DNA of 64,000 nucleotides from positions 22,940,001 through 23,004,000 of the forward strand of contig OZ059897.1 of assembly GCA_964057225.1 (NCBI GenBank), given 5' to 3'. Positions within the stretch are counted from its first letter, which is position 1; each line of letters starts with the position of its first letter. Under the pieces are notes generated by a model. That model had not been told where the DNA came from and searched no databases. It saw only the letters and a list, made by a program, of their open reading frames with translations. Of this stretch, positions 57,001 to 64,000 are shown in pieces. This DNA is from Auanema rhodensis. Its lineage: Eukaryota > Animalia > Nematoda. A program made the position numbers and the translations under genes.

Positions 57001-60000
57001 TTTTTGACTAATATGGACATGGGGAATCTAATTTTGAAAACCGCATCTCTTTATCTTTCACGTGAAGCGAGTTACATACCAAGTGCACATCACGTGTACA
57101 TTTAATTAGCATAAATTAAAGTTCACGTAAATTTCAAAGTCATGGTTACCATGAACCAATATCAATAAAAATTTGTTTTTAGACTAATATGGACATGGGG
57201 AATCTAATTTTGAAAACCGCATCTCTTTATCTTTCACGTGAAGCGAGTTACATACCAAGTGCACATCACGTGTACATTTAATTAGCATAAATTAAAGTTC
57301 ACGTAAATTTCAAAGTCATGGTTACCATGAAGCAATATCAATAAAAATTTGTTTTTAGACTAATATGGACATGGGGAATTTAATTTTGAAAACCGCATCT
57401 CTTTATCTTTCACGTGAAGCGAGTTACATACCAAGTGCACATCACGTGTACATTTAATTAGCATAAATTAAAGTTCACGTAAATTTCAAAGTCATGGTTA
57501 CCATGAACCAATATCAATAAAAATTTGTTTTTAGACTAATATGGACATGGGGAATCTAATTTTGAAAACCGCATCTCTTTATCTTTCACGTGAAGCGAGT
57601 TACATACCAAGTGCACATCACGTGTACATTTAATTAGCATAAAATAAAGTTCACGTAAATTTCAAAGTCATGGTTACCATGAACCAATATCAATAAAAAT
57701 TTGTTTTTAGACTAATATGGACATGGGGAATCTAATTTTGAAAACCGCATCTCTTTATCTTTCACGTGAAGCGAGTTACATACCAAGTGCACATCACGTG
57801 TACATTTAATTAGCATAAATTAAAGTTCACGTAAATTTCAAAGTCATGGTTACCATGAACCAATATCAATAAAAATTTGTTTTTAGACTAATATGGACAT
57901 GGGGAATCTAATTTTGAAAACCGCATCTCTTTATCTTTCACGTGAAGCGAGTTACATACCAAGTGCACATCACGTGTACATTTAATTAGCATAAATTAAA
58001 GTTCACGTAAATTTCAAAGTCATGGTTACCATGAAGCAATATCAATAAAAATTTGTTTTTAGACTAATATGGACATGGGGAATCTAATTTTGAAAACCGC
58101 ATTTCTTTATCTTTCACGTGAAGCGAGTTACATACCAAGTGCACATCACGTGTACATTTAATTAGCATAAATTAAAGTTCACGTAAATTTCAAAGTCATG
58201 GTTACCATGCACCAATATCAATAAAAATTTGTTTTTAGACTAATATGGACATGGGGAATCTAATTTTGAAAACCGCATCTCTTTATCTTTCACGTGAAGC
58301 GAGTTACATACCAAGTGCACATCACGTGTACATTTAATTAGCATAAATTAAAGTTCACGTAAATTTCAAAGTCATGGTTACCATGAACCAATATCAATAA
58401 AAATTTGTTTTTAGACTAATATGGACATGGGGAATCTAATTTTGAAAACCGCATTTCTTTATCTTTCACGTGAAGCGAGTTACATACCAAGTGCACATCA
58501 CGTGTACATTTAATTAGCATAAATTAAAGTTCACGTAAATTTCAAAGTCATGGTTACCATGCACCAATATCAATAAAAATTTGTTTTTAGACTAATATGG
58601 ACATGGGGAATCTAATTTTGAAAACCGCATCTCTTTATCTTTCACGTGAAGCGAGTTACATACCAAGTGCACATCACGTGTACATTTAATTAGCATAAAT
58701 TAAAGTTCACGTAAATTTCAAAGTCATGGTTACCATGAACCAATATCAATAAAAATTTGTTTTTAGACTAATATGGACATGGGGAATCTAATTTTGAAAA
58801 CCGCATCTCTTTATCTTTCACGTGAAGCGAGTTACATACCAAGTGCACATCACGTGTACATTTAATTAGCATGAATTAAAGTTCACGTAAATTTCAAAGT
58901 CATGGTTACCATGCACCAATATCAATAAAAATTTGTTTTTAGACTAATATGGACATGGGGAATCTAATTTTGAAAACCGCATCTCTTCATCTTTCACGTG
59001 AAGCGAGTTACATACCAAGTGCACATCACGTGTACATTTAATTAGCATAAATTAAAGTTCACGTAAATTTCAAAGTCATGGTTACCATGAACCAATATCA
59101 ATAAAAATTTGTTTTTAGACTAATATGGACATGGGGAATCTAATTTTGAAAACCGCATCTCTTTATCTTTCACGTGAAGCGAGTTACATACCAAGTGCAC
59201 ATCACGTGTACATTTAATTAGCATAAATTAAAGTTCACGTAAATTTCAAAGTCATGGTTACCATGAAGCAATATCAATAAAAATTTGTATTTAGACTAAT
59301 ATGGACATGGGGAATCTAATTTTGAAAACCGCATCTCTTGATCTTTCACGTGAAGCGAGTTACATACCAAGTGCACATCACGTGTACATTTAATTAGCAT
59401 AAATTAAAGTTCACGTAAATTTCAAAGTCATGGTTACCATGAACCAATATCAATAAAAATTTGTTTTTACACTAATATGGACATGGGGAATCTAATTTTG
59501 AAAACCGCATCTCTTGATCTTTCACGTGAAGCGAGTTACATACCAAGTGCACAGCACGTGTACATTTAATTAGCATAAATTAAAGTTCACGTAAATTTCA
59601 AAGTCATGGTTACCATGAAGCAATATCAATAAAAATTTGTTTTTAGACTAATATGGACATGGGGAATCTAATTTTGAAAACCGCATCTCTTTATCTTTCA
59701 CGTGAAGCGAGTTACATACCAAGTGCACATCACGTGTACATTTAATTAGCATGAATTAAAGTTCACGTAAATTTCAAAGTCATGGTTACCATGCACCAAT
59801 ATCAATAAAAATTTGTTTTTAGACTAATATGGACATGGGGAATCTAATTTTGAAAACCGCATCTCTTTATCTTTCACGTGAAGCGAGTTACATACCAAGT
59901 GCACATCACGTGTACATTTAATTAGCAAAAATTAAAGTTCACGTAAATTTCAAAGTCATGGTTACCATGAACCAATATCAATAAAAATTTGTTTTTAGAC

Positions 60001-61951
60001 TAATATGGACATGGGGAATCTAATTTTGAAAACCGCATCTCTTTATCTTTCACGTGAAGCGAGTTACATACCAAGTGCACATCACGTGTACATTTAATTA
60101 GCATAAATTAAAGTTCACGTAAATTTCAAAGTCATGGTTACCATGAAGCAATATCAATAAAAATTTGTATTTAGACTAATATGGACATGGGGAATCTAAT
60201 TTTGAGAACCGCATCTCTTTATCTTTCACGTGAAGCGAGTTACATACCAAGTGCACATCACGTGTACATTTAATTAGCATAAATTAAAGTTCACGTAAAT
60301 TTCAAAGTCATGGTTACCATGAACCAATATCAATAAAAATTTGTTTTTACACTAATATGGACATGGGGAATCTAATTTTGAAAACCGCATCTCTTGATCT
60401 TTCACGTGAAGCGAGTTACATACCAAGTGCACATCACGTGTACATTTAATTAGCATAAATTAAAGTTCACGTAAATTTCAAAGTCATGGTTACCATGAAC
60501 CAATATCAATAAAAATTTGTTTTTACACTAATATGGACATGGGGAATCTAATTTTGAAAACCGCATCTCTTTATCTTTCACGTGAAGCGAGTTACATACC
60601 AAGTGCACATCACGTGTACATTTAATTAGCATAAATTAAAGTTCACGTAAATTTCAAAGTCATGGTTACCATGAACCAATATCAATAAAAATTTGTTTTT
60701 AGACTAATATGGACATGGGGAATCTAATTTTGAAAACCGCATTTCTTTATCTTTCACGTGAAGCGAGTTACATACCAAGTGCACATCACGTGTACATTTA
60801 ATTAGCATGAATTAAAGTTCACGTAAATTTCAAAGTCATGGTTACCATGCACCAATATCAATAAAAATTTGTTTTTAGACTAATATGGACATGGGGAATC
60901 TAATTTTGAAAACCGCATCTCTTTATCTTTCACGTGAAACGAGTTACATACCAAGTGCACATCACGTGTACATTTAATTAGCATAAATTAAAGTACACGT
61001 AAATTTCAAAGTCATGGTTACCATGCACCAATATCAATAAAAATTTGTTTTTTGACTAATATGGACATGGGGAATCTAATTTTGAAAACCGCATCTCTTT
61101 ATCTTTCACGTGAAGCGAGTTACATACCAAGTGCACATCACGTGTACATTTAATTAGCATAAATTAAAGTTCACGTAAATTTCAAAGTCATGGTTACCAT
61201 GAACCAATATCAATAAAAATTTGTTTTTAGACTAATATGGACATGGGGAATCTAATTTTGAAAACCGCATCTCTTTATCTTTCACGTGAAGCGAGTTACA
61301 TACCAAGTGCACATCACGTGTACATTTAATTAGCATAAATTAAAGTTCACGTAAATTTCAAAGTCATGGTTACCATGAAGCAATATCAATAAAAATTTGT
61401 TTTTAGACTAATATGGACATGGGGAATTTAATTTTGAAAACCGCATCTCTTTATCTTTCACGTGAAGCGAGTTACATACCAAGTGCACATCACGTGTACA
61501 TTTAATTAGCATAAATTAAAGTTCACGTAAATTTCAAAGTCATGGTTACCATGAACCAATATCAATAAAAATTTGTTTTTAGACTAATATGGACATGGGG
61601 AATCTAATTTTGAAAACCGCATCTCTTTATCTTTCACGTGAAGCGAGTTACATACCAAGTGCACATCACGTGTACATTTAATTAGCATAAAATAAAGTTC
61701 ACGTAAATTTCAAAGTCATGGTTACCATGAACCAATATCAATAAAAATTTGTTTTTAGACTAATATGGACATGGGGAATCTAATTTTGAAAACCGCATCT
61801 CTTTATCTTTCACGTGAAGCGAGTTACATACCAAGTGCACATCACGTGTACATTTAATTAGCATAAATTAAAGTTCACGTAAATTTCAAAGTCATGGTTA
61901 CCATGAACCAATATCAATAAAAATTTGTTTTTAGACTAATATGGACATGGG
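53856..61951. repeat. Degenerate ~28-monomer duplication with internal monomer loss
   Basis: M307-316 match M335-344 (offset 28; A90G, T154A, T29G, G159C, T67G). M324-329 match M347-352 (offset 23; T100A+A158T, C133G, C5T, T93A). Confidence 0.8.
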
Positions 61952-64000
61952 GAATCTAATTTTGAAAACCGCATTTCTTTATCTTTCACGTGAAGCGAGT
62001 TACATACCAAGTGCACATCACGTGTACATTTAATTAGCATAAATTAAAGTTCACGTAAATTTCAAAGTCATGGTTACCATGCACCAATATCAATAAAAAT
62101 TTGTTTTTAGACTAATATGGACATGGGGAATCTAATTTTGAAAACCGCATCTCTTTATCTTTCACGTGAAGCGAGTTACATACCAAGTGCACATCACGTG
62201 TACATTTAATTAGCATAAATTAAAGTTCACGTAAATTTCAAAGTCATGGTTACCATGAACCAATATCAATAAAAATTTGTTTTTAGACTAATATGGACAT
62301 GGGGAATCTAATTTTGAAAACCGCATCTCTTTATCTTTCACGTGAAGCGAGTTACATACCAAGTGCACATCACGTGTACATTTAATTAGCATAAATTAAA
62401 GTTCACGTAAATTTCAAAGTCATGGTTACCATGAACCAATATCAATAAAAATTTGTTTTTAGACTAATATGGACATGGGGAATCTAATTTTGAAAACCGC
62501 ATCTCTTCATCTTTCACGTGAAGCGAGTTACATACCAAGTGCACATCACGTGTACATTTAATTAGCATAAATTAAAGTTCACGTAAACTTCAAAGTCATG
62601 GTTACCATGAAGCAATATCAATAAAAATTTGTTTTTAGACTAATATGGACATGGGGAATCTAATTTTGAAAACCGCATCTCTTTATCTTTCACGTGAAGC
62701 GAGTTACATACCAAGTGCACATCACGTGTACATTTAATTAGCATAAATTAAAGTTCACGTAAATTTCAAAGTCATGGTTACCATGAACCAATATCAATAA
62801 AAATTTGTTTTTAGACTAATATGGACATGGGGAATCTAATTCTGAAAACCGCATCTCTTTATCTTTCACGTGAAGCGAGTTACATACCAAGTGCACATCA
62901 CGTGTACATTTAATTAGCATAAATTAAAGTTCACGTAAATTTCAAAGTCATGGTTACCATGAACCAATATCAAAAAAAATTTGTTTTTAGACTAATATGG
63001 ACATGGGGAATCTAATTTTGAAAACCGCATCTCTTTATCTTTCACGTGAAGCGAGTTACATACCAAGTGCACATCACGTGTACATTTAATTAGCATAAAT
63101 TAAAGTTCACGTAAATTTCAAAGTCATGGTTACCATGAACCAATATCAATAAAAATTTGTTTTTAGACTAATATGGACATGGGGAATCTAATTTTGAAAA
63201 CCGCATCTCTTTATCTTTCACGTGAAGCGAGTTACATACCAAGTGCACATCACGTGTACATTTAATTAGCATAAATTAAAGTTCACGTAAATTTCAAAGT
63301 CATGGTTACCATGAAGCAATATCAATAAAAATTTGTTTTTAGACTAATATGGACATGGGGAATTTAATTTTGAAAACCGCATCTCTTTATCTTTCACGTG
63401 AAGCGAGTTACATACCAAGTGCACATCACGTGTACATTTAATTAGCATAAATTAAAGTTCACGTAAATTTCAAAGTCATGGTTACCATGAACCAATATCA
63501 ATAAAAATTTGTTTTTAGACTAATATGGACATGGAGAATCTAATTTTGAAAACCGCATCTCTTTATCTTTCACGTGAAGCGAGTTACATACCAAGTGCAC
63601 ATCACGTGTACATTTAATTAGCATAAATTAAAGTTCACGTAAATTTCAAAGTCATGGTTACCATGAACCAATATCAATAAAAATTTGTTTTTAGACTAAT
63701 ATGGACATGGGGAATCTAATTTTGAAAACCGCATCTCTTTATCTTTCACGTGAAGCGAGTTACATACCAAGTGCACATCACGTGTACATTTAATTAGCAT
63801 AAATTAAAGTTCACGTAAATTTCAAAGTCATGGTTACCATGAACCAATATCAATAAAAATTTGTTTTTAGACTAATATGGACATGGGGAATCTAATTTTG
63901 AAAACCGCATTTCTTTATCTTTCACGTGAAGCGAGTTACATACCAAGTGCACATCACGTGTACATTTAATTAGCATAAATTAAAGTTCACGTAAATTTCA

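Larger units (their letters stand above)
1..64000. repeat. Tandem satellite DNA array, 176-bp monomer, ~363.6 head-to-tail copies, continuing past both window edges; candidate centromeric/pericentromeric satellite of unidentified family
   Basis: GAATCTAATTTTGAAAACCG recurs at 1, 177, 353, 529, 705, 881 and onward in exact 176-bp register to 44001, then shifted by -1 (44176, 44880 ... 63888). No non-repeat sequence or inversion was seen. The satellite call is direct; the centromeric role is inferred only. Confidence 0.99.

Noticed and set aside
1-64000. CRISPR array or other repeat-spacer system
   Set aside because: There are no unique spacers, the entire 176 bp is repeated, and no cas or other genes are present.
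1-64000. Variant order as an information-bearing code or one fixed global HOR
   Set aside because: The patterns are explained by nested local duplications and deletions with differing periods. No single period spans the window.
1-64000. Rolling-circle or concatemer sequencing artefact of one 176-bp molecule
   Set aside because: Variants recur in ordered multi-monomer blocks up to 16 kb apart and form regional domains, which random read error on a single template would not produce.

Overview
The whole 64-kb window is one uninterrupted head-to-tail array of a 176-bp AT-rich satellite (about 32% GC by hand count), in a single orientation: 363 complete monomers plus a final 113-bp partial copy. 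Consensus: GAATCTAATTTTGAAAACCGCATCTCTTTATCTTTCACGTGAAGCGAGTTACATACCAAGTGCACATCACGTGTACATTTAATTAGCATAAATTAAAGTTCACGTAAATTTCAAAGTCATGGTTACCATG(C/A)ACCAATATCAATAAAAATTTGTTTTTAGACTAATATGGACATGGG. I see no genes, RNA genes, transposons, CRISPR spacers or unique sequence. Most monomers differ from consensus by 0-3 substitutions, and I found only one indel (1 bp, near 44,060). Nucleosome-scale monomer length and extreme homogeneity suggest a eukaryotic centromeric or pericentromeric satellite. That is inference, and I do not recognise the family or organism. The remaining information lies in (i) a monomer unusually rich in dyad symmetries, with three TCACGT cores 32-33 bp apart, and (ii) the order of rare variants. 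That order shows local higher-order duplications (2-, 7-, 10-, 11-, 16-mers), long-range block copies in permuted order, and a sharp variant-domain boundary near 53.3 kb. I found no evidence of a novel gene-based system. Notation: Mn = nth monomer, starting at 176(n-1)+1 up to M251 and 176(n-1) afterwards; variants are numbered by monomer position. All variant calls were made by eye, so a few may be missed.
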